Part shown: positions 12,691-25,518 of the stretch, piece by piece
Position numbering within the stretch: position 1 is the first letter of the stretch
How the letters are laid out: every line of letters starts with the position of its first letter
Assembly: GCF_009914755.1 (NCBI RefSeq)
Contig: NC_060947.1
Length of the DNA: 64,000 bases
Reading direction: 5' to 3' (one strand)
From: the human T2T-CHM13v2.0 reference genome, Homo sapiens
The notes under the pieces: generated by a model
Database searches by the model: none
What the model was told of the DNA's origin: nothing
Seen by the model: only the letters and a program-made list of their open reading frames with translations
Position numbers and translations under genes: made by a program

Positions 12691-15600
12691 GTTTATTTGT
12701 CATGTTGATATTGAGCTGGAGATTGTAACACAGTGGTGTCAAGCTGAGATGTGAACTAAATTTTATATCCTCAACCTGGTAGGGGATGGAGAAGTCATTA
12801 TTTTGAGCTAGATATTTGCTGCAACTCTGTTATGGGAATGAGAAAGGAAGACGTGCAAGGTTACCATCATCCAAAAAGCTTCACATCTCAAAGACATATG
12901 AAGAAAGAATGCTAGAGAGTAGAAAAATACAGATGTTCATAGGTTCGTGGATTTGATGGTGAGAGAATAAAGGTGTTTCTTATTGCTATAGTAACCTTGT
13001 GCATAGAGTTCTGAGAAGGCCAAGAATCTGAGGACTCAAGTAAGCCAAAGCGTCCAACCAACTGCCTGAGTCTGGCCCAGAGCATAGGTAAATCCTATTT
13101 TTGGAAGCTTCTTTAGATGGTTTTGGTAAGCATTCTACTCATGCTATGACTGGCTGGGCATAGCAAGAGTGTAAAGAAAATGGAGAGCTGACATTGCTTC
13201 CTCATCTCACTGTTTTTATCTTTAGGTGTATTACAGCTTCCCTGTGGTCTTTCTTTGCAAAGAATAGCTGTTTAGATTTTCTGGCCCAAATCCATGCTTT
13301 ACATTGACCAACTGTCCTGTCATTACGTAGTCATGTTATCCTTCCAATTTCATGAATGATTTATTAAAGATAGATTGTGAGGATGTTTTTGTATACTATA
13401 GTATAACGTGTACTTGAAAACATGGATATATTTAGTGAAAAAATAGACCTATTACATAGTCTAACTCTGATTAATATATATTCTGTAACTTACAATAAAT
13501 GCAAATATATTGTTTGTCCATAATATGATATTATTAAAGCTATCATCAAATCTATCTTGATACTACATTACTTTTAAAGTGAACATACAAGGTTAATTAT
13601 ATCTTATATTCCATGGGAGTATGAAGCACATTGGGAGGTAATTTGTATATTACAGAATTTATTAACAACAATAGATTTAACAGCTACTAGGTCAATGTAA
13701 GACATTTATTTGGGTGGAAATACGTTACTTAAATTCGGAAGATTTATAAATCAGTGAACTTTGCTTGGGTGTCTGCTCCCTGACCTTAAAATAGCTCCAT
13801 TAAGGTTGTTATAATGAACTCATTATTTATATTTTCTTCTAGTCCACATTCGGAAAAGTTTTTAGTAGGTGTAATAATCTGTTTAACACACTCAGATTTT
13901 GTAGTGAATATAGACGATCCCAAAGAGAAAGATGCTAGTTCTGAGTGAGGAGGTAAATTGCACAATAAGCTACAACACTGCAAAAGGGATCCCCAACCCT
14001 CTTTAAAAGGCCATTTCACATCATTAGTGCATAATTAAGTGAATCAAGGAGGTTTAGTAATAAATGTATTTACTTTCAATTATCTTCAGGAAAACCTGTC
14101 CAAATGATCGTTTCCAAGCCCAGAGACTTCAGACAGAGCCTGTGAATTGTGCCTGCTGTTGTGAATCACAGGAATGCCTCAGTGAACTCATCTAGCCCTC
14201 TGTATTATATGTTAAACATGTAAGAGGGATATAGAAAAGGATACTATACATAGCCTAATATCCTGACAGTGTGTATCCCTGGGGCTCTTCCTCTTATTCA
14301 GAAAACACTCCAGGAATCAGTGATGGATGAAAAAATGAGGACACTAAGAAACAGGTCAAAGGTGACAACTGAATAAAAGTTGCTACAGGCTTTAACCTTA
14401 AAGTACTGAAGAAAAAAAATTCTGCTGAGATTTGGTAGCAATACATATAACAGAAGGCTGAAGTCCAAAAATCTCTAAGGTATTTGGAGATATAGAAAGG
14501 CCAGATTAGAGGTCTTATCTTTTCCTTCCTTCAGAGTCAATTCTTTGTTAACTCTACAGTGTCTAGTACTAACATTTGTGGTAAAAATCTTTGACCGACT
14601 AATTGAAACATGTTATAGGAGATTGCAGCAAAGCACAAACCTAAATGCACATTGTCTTTTCCAAAAAGCTATTCTAAAAATCTAACTGTGGCTCTAGTTT
14701 GAATACATTCAAAGCCTACATCTGAGCTCCTTCTCTGGAATTAACCCAGGTGTTTTAGTCTCAGCCTCATCTAGAGCTTTTTTAAAGCAGATAATAGGAA
14801 GAGAGACAAAAGAGAAATCTGTTTAAACGGAGAAAGATACTCAGAATAAAATATGTATTTGGTCTGTGTCTGTTTCTGTTTCTGTTTGCTTTTACTGTCT
14901 TTCTCAGCATTCTTCCTGTAGAGCCCTCAACCCAGAAATCCAGTATTCTTGTGCTGACCTCTAAGTTTGCAGAGGCCACATTTCACTCTTCGCAGACCTA
15001 CCTTCCCACAGCAGTCCATTTAAGTTTCACTTGTATTTTCTTCTTAGCTATCCAAACTTGCCTTTGTGAAAATACGGCAGGACTAAAAGTTTTTCATGGA
15101 GTTCCAAGTGTCTTCCCCATCCCTCTTGTCAAATCCAATTGACCAACTCATGGCTTCTAAAACTAAAAGCCTAGTCTCATTGTTCCTCCTGCCTGTGCTA
15201 TTATTACTATAGCCTCAGTTTTCCCATACTTTCCATGAATTTGGTCAATGACCAATTCTCAAATTTAAACTCAACTCTAACCTTTTTTGATCAAGTTTAT
15301 GAATTTTTAATGATCTTGCTCCACCCAGAACAGTCATCTTGAGCTGTCGTCAATTCAAAAGGTTTCAATGACGGCTTGAGCTAATGGCTTTTCTTTGGTT
15401 TTTCTTTTTTACCACTTGTCTTGATCCTCTTTTCCTCAGGACATGGTTCTTTGTTGAATATTGTGATTTGATAAATCAATCTAGGTTGTAGGTTTATGAT
15501 TGTCAATGAATAAATGTACTCTCTCATTGAAGTAACACAAATATGTGTCAATAGGTACCTGTAAGTAACTTAGAAATTTACTCCAAAAGAGAATATGATA

Positions 15601-16121
15601 ATCTTAATTTATCAGACTAAATAGGAGAGGTAATTGAAGGCAAAGAATGGTCCATATTCAAAAATCATTAATGCCACCACTGTACCAGGTTTCTGAGTAC
15701 CTATGCATTTATTCTAACAACCTAGCATCTATTTCAGTCTGCAATGAGAGATTCCATCTAAGAAAGTATAGCATTAAAAATCTAGAGCAGAGAAAAGGAA
15801 GTCATGTCTTCACTGGGGCACCCTTGTCTCTCATTCTCAACTCTGAAGTATCTGCAATATTTTTTTTTCCTCAAGGGAGTATCATCACATATATAAGATT
15901 TAAAATACCTCACCACAGGTTTCTAATTTCATTTAAGACAAACATGGCATCAGGACTCATAATCAAGTCTGTTTACGAAGCATGTGCATTTAGTGTTCAA
16001 TTTATCATGTCTTAAAATGGGCTACTATAAAATATTCCTTCTATATGGGCATATTTAAAAAAATTGACTCATTAACAATTGGAAAGTTGTCTTTGTGTAA
16101 TTTTATTATTTATATCATTAA

Positions 16122-16454
<333 letters not shown>

Positions 16455-16490
16455 TCTATTCCCTTTTATTTCAGCTGTTAAAATTATGTT

Positions 16491-17220
16491 TGACAGAGCA
16501 GGAGCATTGCCATCTTGTACAAGCACCACCATTTTAAAGTTCCCCTTGATCAAAAACTGCCTAAATCCAAAGGGCATCAGCCTAATAGCTGAGGTCAGCA
16601 TGACCATAAACCACAAATTACATCTCCAACCAGAAACATTCCAACCCTAAGATAACCTCCCCCCAACCAGAGAGGACACCCTCCTGTTTGGGTGAGGCTC
16701 ATAATGAGGCCCCCTCACCATTACAGGAGGAAATCTCTTCACTGCTGGCACTGACAATGGAAGACTGAGGGTGCCCGGGATCCTTCACCCCCACATCCAG
16801 TGAGTCCACGGAACCCAGGGTAACTGGGATGGTATCTGGTAAGATTATTTCCTTCTTTTTGGATACTGGGGCGAGTCTATCAGTATTAACTGAAAATCAA
16901 GGCCCATTAGGACATTCATCTGTTTCTGTTGTTGGCATGAAGGACATACAAGTAACCCCATACAAAACACCACCACTATACTGCTCATTTGAGGTAGTCA
17001 CCTTCACTCACTCTTTCTTGGTCATTCCCCATTGTCCCACTCCTTTACTAGGAAGGAACATCCTACACAAACTAGGGGGAATCATTTATTTATTAGCCCT
17101 ACATCAAAGCCACCCTTACTTATTATTATGTCAAGAACAAAACCCCTCCTCAGACACTCCACATCAAATAGACTTAAATCCCAAATTCCTCAGCCAGGTA
17201 AATCCCATAGTATGGAACAC
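16491..17220 (+). mobile_element. ERV1 remnant: first ~180 bp of an LTR19-like LTR fused to gag end and protease
   Basis: LTR start TGACAGAGCAGGAGCATTGCCATCTTG. Gag stop context GAC TGA GGG TGC CCG at 16763-16777, followed in frame by the protease. Confidence 0.85.
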
Positions 17221-17287
17221 TGCATTAGCATTGCATAGTATGGAACATTGCAATAGCAATGATAGCTATTGCCAGTGGAATGTGTAA
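16829..17287 (+). CDS. Open retroviral aspartic protease frame (152 aa); expression unknown
   Basis: FFLDTGASLSVL, a VVG flap region and PTPLLGRNILHKL. The C-terminal tail reads into flanking DNA. Confidence 0.45.
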   Translation: MVSGKIISFFLDTGASLSVLTENQGPLGHSSVSVVGMKDIQVTPYKTPPLYCSFEVVTFTHSFLVIPHCPTPLLGRNILHKLGGIIYLLALHQSHPYLLLCQEQNPSSDTPHQIDLNPKFLSQVNPIVWNTALALHSMEHCNSNDSYCQWNV

Positions 17288-17717
17288 ACATCTATACCCA
17301 CTACATTAACTAGTTTGAAAATATTCCTTGACGTCATTCCTTAAAACATCTTTAATAACTAGTTCTTTGATTAAGAACTCTTATTTTCAAATTAATGTTT
17401 TATTGAATTACACTTTTTCTCACTAAACAAATTTTAGTATGTGATGGGTTTTTAATGGCCAGAAAACACATTCATTGTTCACTTTTATCCTGTGATCAAA
17501 CTATATGCCAGTGATAAAATACTGATTTATAATTTAAACTTCTCTTGAGGGAAGCAAATGTCAGTTCCTACCTTGGTTTATCATAACACTATCTCTGTTG
17601 CCTTATAAACAATTCAGAAATTAAAATATGCTTGTATTTTGGGTAGAGAAGGACAGGATAAATCAAATACTATGTAACAATTGACCTTGTATAGACTCTA
17701 TTTCAAAAGATACTTTA

Positions 17718-17915
17718 CCAGCTTGAGCAACATAGTGAGACACAGTCTTTACAATTTTTTTAATTATTAGCTGGGCATAGTGTGACACATGTTTGTACTG
17801 CCAACTACTCAGGAGACTGAACAGAAGGATCATTTGATTGCCATTATTACAACACTGCACTCCAGCATGGGTGAAAGAGAGACACCCTATCTCAAAAAAT
17901 ATATAAAACAACAAT
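17718..17915 (+). mobile_element. 5'-truncated, internally deleted AluJ
   Basis: Alu sequence flanked by a 13-bp TSD AAAAGATACTTTA (17705-17717 and 17916-17928). Confidence 0.88.
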
Positions 17916-18974
17916 AAAAGATACTTTAATACCTAGGATGAATTTTTTTTTGTGGTGGAAAATCTAATGACATTGTTCATCAAATTAACTATAAGATAAA
18001 TGACATAATTAATAATTTTTGTCATGATATATTTTAAGAAACATTTTTCATATCAAATGAATATGAATATATTCATATCAAAATGAGAAAAAAATTGCTG
18101 TCATTTTCTAAAATCACTCTGAGAATAGTAAAATTAACTAGATCCATGTTGAAATGAGAACACTATAGATAAATAATATTTGTAAAGTACTCCAAGAATT
18201 TTAATCTCTTTAATATATTTGTCTCTCAAGTTTATTGAAAAAAGTTTGAAAATTCAAAGTTCAAACAGCAATGCCTTTTATTGTGGTAACATTTTGGCTA
18301 AAATACATCTTTGTAATATATACATATTGCACTTTTCAGTGATTTCTGGGTTATATTTTTTTTGATAAAGGTCATATAAAATGTCAGGAAATGTTTGATT
18401 TTTAGTGAAAAATTATCTTGAAAACTATTATTTGCTGTTTCATTTCAAAGAAACAAGAATGAAGAGGAAAGAGATATTTCATAACAAAAGTGTTGGGGTT
18501 CTTTAACTCAAAAATATTATTCATTTTATGAAATATTTCACAAGTTAGAATGCACTGTGAATTGGGAATGTTATATAATACGTTTGTTAATTATTAATCT
18601 TGATTTCTAATTGCCAAATTTTTCAAATTGATGATGTCTTGCAACTAGGCACACCAAGACACATTTGGGAGAGTAACTTTATGAAACACTTTCTAAATTA
18701 GTGATGATAATTTAAAAATTAGGTTATTACTAGGTATATAAATTCACAGGGAATTATGATTTTTATGCTACATATATTTTAAAACACTCTTATTACTGTA
18801 GGCCTGGCTACATTAGGGTAATTACACAAAGCTTCAAGAAGGGGGAAATTTCCTTAAAATCTTAAACCATTGTATAATATATGTATAATTATAATACCAA
18901 TAATCCCAATTCTTAATGCATTATACACCCATAGTTAATGGACTATGCAAAGAAATATTACTGACCACAAAGCT

Positions 18975-19247
18975 CACAAATTCTTCCACCTCTCTCCATG
19001 TCTACTACCAACACAAACTAAGCCTTTTTCTTACTAGGGTTATAGCAATAGACTTGTGCCTGGTTTTCCTATGTTCAGCCTAGTTGAAGCTCATTAATTT
19101 GTTGCTTTAATTATTTGATTAATACCAGTCACTGCCTTTAACCTACAAGTTCCCTGAGAGCAGGAATCAAACTGTTTTTGCTCAACATTGTATCTTAGTG
19201 TCTGGCACATGGTAAACACTCAATAAATATTTGCTTGATAAATGAAA
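18975..19247 (+). mobile_element. L2 3' fragment
   Basis: AGTGTCTGGCACATGGTAAACACTCAATAAATATTTG..AATGAA terminus. Confidence 0.7.
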
Positions 19248-19310
19248 CAAAGTGTAAAATAAATAAAATAGAAGAACACAGCATAAAACATTCATAATGT
19301 GTTTTTTTGG

Positions 19311-20325
19311 AGAATGACAAACAGGACAAAAGTTAATATCATCACAAAATAGTCTAGATACAATAATTTTCAGAGCTTGATACGAATTAATAACTCAATC
19401 ATGTTATAACTAATTATACTTGAGCTTATTATCCTCAATTTCCTTTTTTGGTGTCAAAATCAAGTCATATTGATATTTTATTTCAATATGCTTTTCTAAA
19501 TTTTGAAAATAAATTAACAATGATATTTCATTTTTTATAAGAATAAAAGTTTTTATCTTATAAATTAAGTTTTCTTAACAATTTACTGTATATTTACCAT
19601 TTGTGAATTTTCTGTTGAAATTTATTGGTACTTTCATCCTGTTTCACTCTTTGGGGAAAATCAGTTAGTCTATTCATGACAAATTATTGCCAGCAATTTC
19701 ATCCTTCTCATTTGTCTTAAAATTAGTTACTTCAGAATAGGAGTCTCTGCCACCCAGGATCAAGTGATTTTCTCACCTCAGCCTTCAAAGTAGCTAGGAC
19801 TAGGGGCATGCGCCACCACACCTGGCTAATTTTTTGTATTTATTCATAGAGATGGGGTTTCACTATGTTGCCCAGGCGGTTCTCAAACTCCTGGGCTCAT
19901 GCGATCTGCCAGCCTTGGCCTCTCAAAATGCTAGGATTACTGGCATGAGCCACCGCACCAGCCAATATTTCATCCTTTTTTATTGCTCTTCTGGAAGGCT
20001 TTTCAGCTCTAATATGCTTATCTTATTGAGGAAACAAGAGTAAAAATGAAAAAGAATTATATACTATATTTTAGAAAGAGAGACACCACGGATTTTAGAA
20101 AGGGAAGCTTCTTTCTCTGTGTTTTGCTGTTGATGCTCCACCTTCCTTGCAGAAAACTAAACAGGACAAAAGTTAATATCATCACAAAATAGTCTAAATA
20201 CAATAATTTCCAGAGCCCCGGGCTTAATACAAATTAATAACTCAGAGTCACTCATCTTATAACTATTATACTTGAGCTTATTTTCCCAAATTGCCTTTTT
20301 TTGGTGTGAAAATCAAGTCATGTAG
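19311..20325 (+). repeat. Local direct duplication (~19311-19475 and ~20153-20325)
   Basis: Both copies share AAACAGGACAAAAGTTAATATCATCACAAAATAGTCTA...TATACTTGAGCTTATT...AAAATCAAGTCAT. Confidence 0.92.
19738..19963 (-). mobile_element. Partial AluJ
   Basis: Left arm plus part of the right arm. Confidence 0.88.
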
Positions 20326-23300
20326 ATTAATTTCATGATCTATTTGAACAAAGATACTTATTTCATGACTGAATGATCTGACTTTGATATATTTGTCTTA
20401 TTTTTTCAAAATATCTGGTTAGATCATGTTTTCTACTTTATATACTGCCTTTCTAGGCCAGACTGACGACAAATATCCTACATTAGACATGGAGGCAGTC
20501 TGAATTTCAATGAAAAAGTAATGAATGTTTTGCAACAAACCTGTACGTTATTGGGTATGTAGAAAGGTTAAGACCACTGAGACGTACACATCCATACCCT
20601 GGTTTATTATATGCAACTAAATTAAATTGTTTCAAAATTTTGCTAATGGTTCTAACAATATAGTCCTTATGTTAATGTTGAAAACAATTGCATTTTTTAT
20701 TTTTTGGTTGATCAATTTTGTGGCATAGTTTTGAATCCCAGACACCTTGCAGAGCAATACTTTGCTTTTCACTGTCCAAAGAGATACAAGTATAAAGTAT
20801 ACTTTCATCTTAATCAGAGGCAGTCATAGATTTTTTTTTTTTAATATACAGTGTCAGATCAGGAAAAGAAGCTATCACTGATAGAATTTTTTTTAAACAT
20901 CATAATTTTTAAAAAGTTATTTTCTATGACACATCATACTGTAACATTGAGATTCATAATACTCTGCCCTGATACGTTATTAAACGTGAGGATAAAAATA
21001 ATAACTAAATCCTTCTTCATTACACATGTAGAATTTTTACTTCAGCCTAATTTCCACAGTAATTAGTTCATGTCTTTATTAAAGAGATTCTCTGGAAAAG
21101 TTCAAATTTAGCTGTGTCATAAGTAGCCAACTGGAGGACTTATCTTTCCGAAGAGAAGCAAGCCAATAAAATTATTCAAGATTATCAGCAGGCACAATTT
21201 CTAGATGTAAATTCCATCTCCAACCAAATCCTTCTGAGCACAATCTCAATGGCAACAATAAAGCAGGTCTCACTCCAGAGAATGTTACCCTGTTGTATTT
21301 CAACGTTTAGACAGGGTCTTCTGTTTGTTTCTTTGATTTTATGGAAAGAGCTTTTCAACTTTTTAAACTTGTTTGTTTCTTTCAAATAGAAAAATACTAG
21401 GTTTTCAAAGGAAATTATACCAACCTAATTACTTTTAACAAATTCAAATTCTGATTGCGCATATAGATATATAATGTGCTTTGAAAAATTTTCTGTTCTG
21501 TTTTAGAAAGTACTAATATCAGAAATACATTTTAGTGTGCTATTTCTGAGACATTCGTTTTTTAAGAAATCAGTAAAAACATTGGATTATAATAGAAATG
21601 GCAAAATTTCCCCCATTCAGTTACATATACATGTAAAAATTTAAATCACCATGAAGCATTTATATCATCATTTTAAATAGATTTCCCTATATTATCAATA
21701 CTTACATGCATCAGTTCATATTTAAAATGGCGCAAATATTCTGAATGGATAAAATTTCTTATAAAAGGCATTCATTCCCACAAGCTGCTGAGCAATTATA
21801 TATAATAGTTTTATGTATAATTGTTTCTCTTACAGTTATCATGTAAATTGATCATCCTAATCACAATGCAAGTTTACATATGTTTTCGTTATTGTTATTA
21901 TTTTATTGTATTTTATTTTGTTTTTCCAAGATGATAGCAAATTGGAGTCAGTGTTAGCAAGACTCTCCCACTTGGAAAGACAAAATAGTGTATAGTTATT
22001 CACACTGTGAACTCTATTTCCAAGAAGAAATGCAGAAACTTAACAGGAAAACTGAAATCCACCAATTCTCTGAAAGAAGCTGCATGCTGCAGCCTACATT
22101 GTGAGGCAGGCAAAAAACTGTTTTAAGTTCCCAGAATGTGAGAGGGAAAGAGAGTGCTTCAGGATATACCCTCCCACCAGGGAACCTGGAAATCCAGGCC
22201 TCAGGAAAAGCCTGAACGCTACACAGAGCTGGTACTGATTTAGGGAGCAGTGAGGAATGGGAAGAGCCTTGTGTGGGACCTTGTGGAAGTCACCCAATTA
22301 ACTCAGGCAACATTTGCAAGTTGAAAGAAGCTCCTACCTGAATTTTGTGAAATAGCTATTTCCCAGGGAGGCTTCTGGTCTGGGGCAGTCTTAGTTCTGA
22401 ATATAGACGTCCTGGAATTTAGCTCACTGCTGTTAGCAGAAATCTACAGGTGTGAGACCTACCTTGCCAAGTGCATGGGATCTGGGTGGGGCTTACTGAT
22501 GTCTGCTGTGCCCCACTTCTTGCACAAACTATTCTGTGCAGTAGAGGCAGCTTTTCTCCACTCTGGTACATTACATCAGTGGTGAGGTAACTGTCCCTCA
22601 ACTCCCACAGTGGCTGCAGATTGCCCTACATATGGAGAGTCAGAGCATGGATCTGTCTGACCCAGCCCACACCTGATTTTGCTCCTCTACCCACACTGAT
22701 AGCCTAACACAAAAGACAGGAACTTTTGGGAGCTTTATGTCCCCACCCATCACCTGAGAAACCAGAGTACCTCCTTTGGGTAACATAAGGCAAACACAAA
22801 TCTCATCACTACTACTGCAGCTGATGCTCCTTTGCAAGCACGACCTCCTAGCTGGAGGCCAACCAACACAGTCCATTACAGCACTTTCGGGTAGATAACA
22901 CTGCACCCCGGAAGGAGAAAATTTGTACATGATATCAGCTATCACCATTGCCTGCACCAACATGACTAACCAGGAAGTCCTGATACTATCTACGTGATCA
23001 GTTTATTTATGCTACAACTGGCATTTGAGAAAGCCAACACACTAACACTATCCATAGCCAAAGAATCTCAACGAGTCTACATTACTCCCCTGCCGCCTGC
23101 ATCAGAACTGGTGCTGGTACTTGATACTGGGAGACTTGAGGACAGGTCACATCTCTGAATCCCTTGCAGACATTTCCCAGCACCAGCCTAGAGTGTGGCA
23201 GACCCATTAGGCAGCTAGGTCCAGAAGAGCAACAACATTCACATTCTGGCTCTCAGGGACTCCTACTACTAGGGCAAGGGGTAGTACGTCATGTAAAGGG

Positions 23301-23951
23301 AACACTACGGGACAAAAGTATCTGGATAGCAGGCCTTCAGTCCCAGATTTTTCCACTTGTGGAATGTTTTTTTCAGCAGAGGCACAGTTGCAGTAATGGG
23401 CTCAGCAGGGAAAGTCTGCAGTTCTACTCCAACAGTCAGGAAGCCCTGGTGCTCATGAAGGGTCTTGGAGAAGAGGAAATATTTCCCCCCTTTTCCACCA
23501 CTGAAGACATAGCTGGGGCTTTTCTCTCAGGAGAGTGGCATGGGTGCACATATAGACAGCTTTTCTGAAACACTCCAGGGTGATCCACATAGGAGGGGCA
23601 CCCTCCAGGTGCAAGCTTGCAGGAGATGTAGAGTCACCATTCGTCTCTACTTGGAGCATCAACATTCCTGCATAATAAAAGAGATGCCTGTCTGATCTGA
23701 ATACCCAGAACACTGGGTCAAGAGTATGTGTGGGAGGTGGATTGCTTTCCTGCTGTCCTGGCAGGGGAGTTGAGATGGCTCCAGTCCTTTCCTCTGATAA
23801 GAACTCAGTGTGACTCACTGAGAGCTCCCCCAGCCATCTCTGTCAAGGCTAGGACCCCTGCCCACCATTGGGTATTGCATTCACCAACCTGCTTTAGTCA
23901 TAGACAGTTTTTAGCTAAAGACGCTTCCCATACTGGCCAGAAACCTGAGTG

Positions 23952-23983
23952 ATTCAACCCAGTAAATAAAATACTGGGAAAAA

Positions 23984-24018
<35 letters not shown>

Positions 24019-24134
24019 AGCAACAGCATTCACTGTAGTCTGGCTCAGTAAATAAATTACTTGGGAATATTCAACCCAGTAAATAAAATATTCAACCTAG
24101 TAAATAAAATACTGGGGAAAAATAAATAAATAAA
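23952..24134 (+). repeat. Short reiteration (AGTAAATAAA-containing unit x4) plus (TAAA)n inside the L1PB 5'UTR
   Basis: ATTCAACC(C/T)AGTAAATAAAATA is repeated, with a TAAA run at ~23983-24018. Confidence 0.8.
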
Positions 24135-25518
24135 AGTGCAAACCATAGGGAATGAGTTTCAAGAGATCTCTGCCATTCCAACTCTATAGGAGACTGAACT
24201 TCTCACACACCAAGCATGTTTCCACTACAACCAGCATCTGAGAAAGCAATCATATAAAGACTCTCTGTAACCATGGAACTCATATAAAACCGTCATCCTG
24301 AAAGCATCAAGAGCTTAATTATACTACAATAAACTATAAACATTAAAGTCATATGCTTAAGAGGAAAAAGGGCAATTTTGAAATAAACACAGTGAAATAA
24401 AAAATAAAATTAAGAAAAAATAGAAGAAATATTCTACCCAAATCAGAAGGAACCAGAAAAGTAATTCTGGTAATATGACAAAAGAGGATTCTATAACACC
24501 CTCCAAAAATCACACTAGCCCTCTGGCAATGGATTCAAATCAAGATGAAATATTTGAAATACCAGATAAAGAATCCCCAAAGGTTGATTATTAAGCTACT
24601 CAACAAGACACCATAGAAAGGTAAAAACCAACATAAAGAAAGTAAAACAAGCAAACAAAAAATAATTCAGGCGTGAATAACAAGATTTCTAAAGAGATTG
24701 ATATCTTAAGGAATATCAATCAGAAGTTCTGGAAATGTATTCAGGGAATTAAAAAATACCGTGGAAAGAAGTTTCAACAATAGACTAGAACAAGTAGAAG
24801 AATGACTTTCAGAGCTTGAAGACAAGGCTTACAAATTAATGCAATCAGAGAAAAACAAAAGAAATAAGAATCAAAGGAAATAAACAAAGTCTCCATAATT
24901 ACAGAATCGTCTAAAATGACCAAACCAAAGAATAATTGGCGTTCCTAAGGGAGAAGGGAAAGCTAAAAGTGTGAAAAACATTTTTGAGGTAATAATTGAG
25001 AAAATCTTCCATGGCCTTGCTGGAGACTGATATTCAAACAGAAGAAGCTCAAAGAACTCCTGGGAGATTTATTGCAAAAAGTCATCACCAAGGCATATAT
25101 TCATTAAGCTATCTAAAATCAATATGAAAGAAAGAATTCCAAGAGCAGTAAAACAAAAGCATCAGGTAACCTATAAAGGAAAACCCATCATACTAACAGG
25201 AGACTTCTCAACAGAAACTTTATAAGCCAGAAGGAAATGGGGTCCTATCTTTAGCTTCCTTAAACAGAATAACTGTCAGCCAATAATCTTGTATCCAGCA
25301 AAACAAAGTTTCATAAATGAAGGAGAAATAAAATCATTTCCAGTCAAACAAATGCTGAGGAAATTTGTTACTATCAGGCCAGTAGTACAAGAAATGTTAA
25401 AAGAAGTCCAAAACCTTGAAACAAAACTTGATATGTACCAAAATAAAACCTCTTGAAAGCATAAAACTGAAAAAGCCTATAAAACAATAACAAAACAACA
25501 AAAAGCCAAGTATCTAGG

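Noticed and set aside
14090-14219. Exon-like segment (TTATCTTCAG|...CAT|GTAAGA)
   Set aside because: Stops occur in all three frames and the donor is weak. A lncRNA exon cannot be supported without transcript data.
15343-15445. Small hairpin plus a strong polypyrimidine/AG acceptor
   Set aside because: The stem is short, and there is no convincing donor or reading frame.
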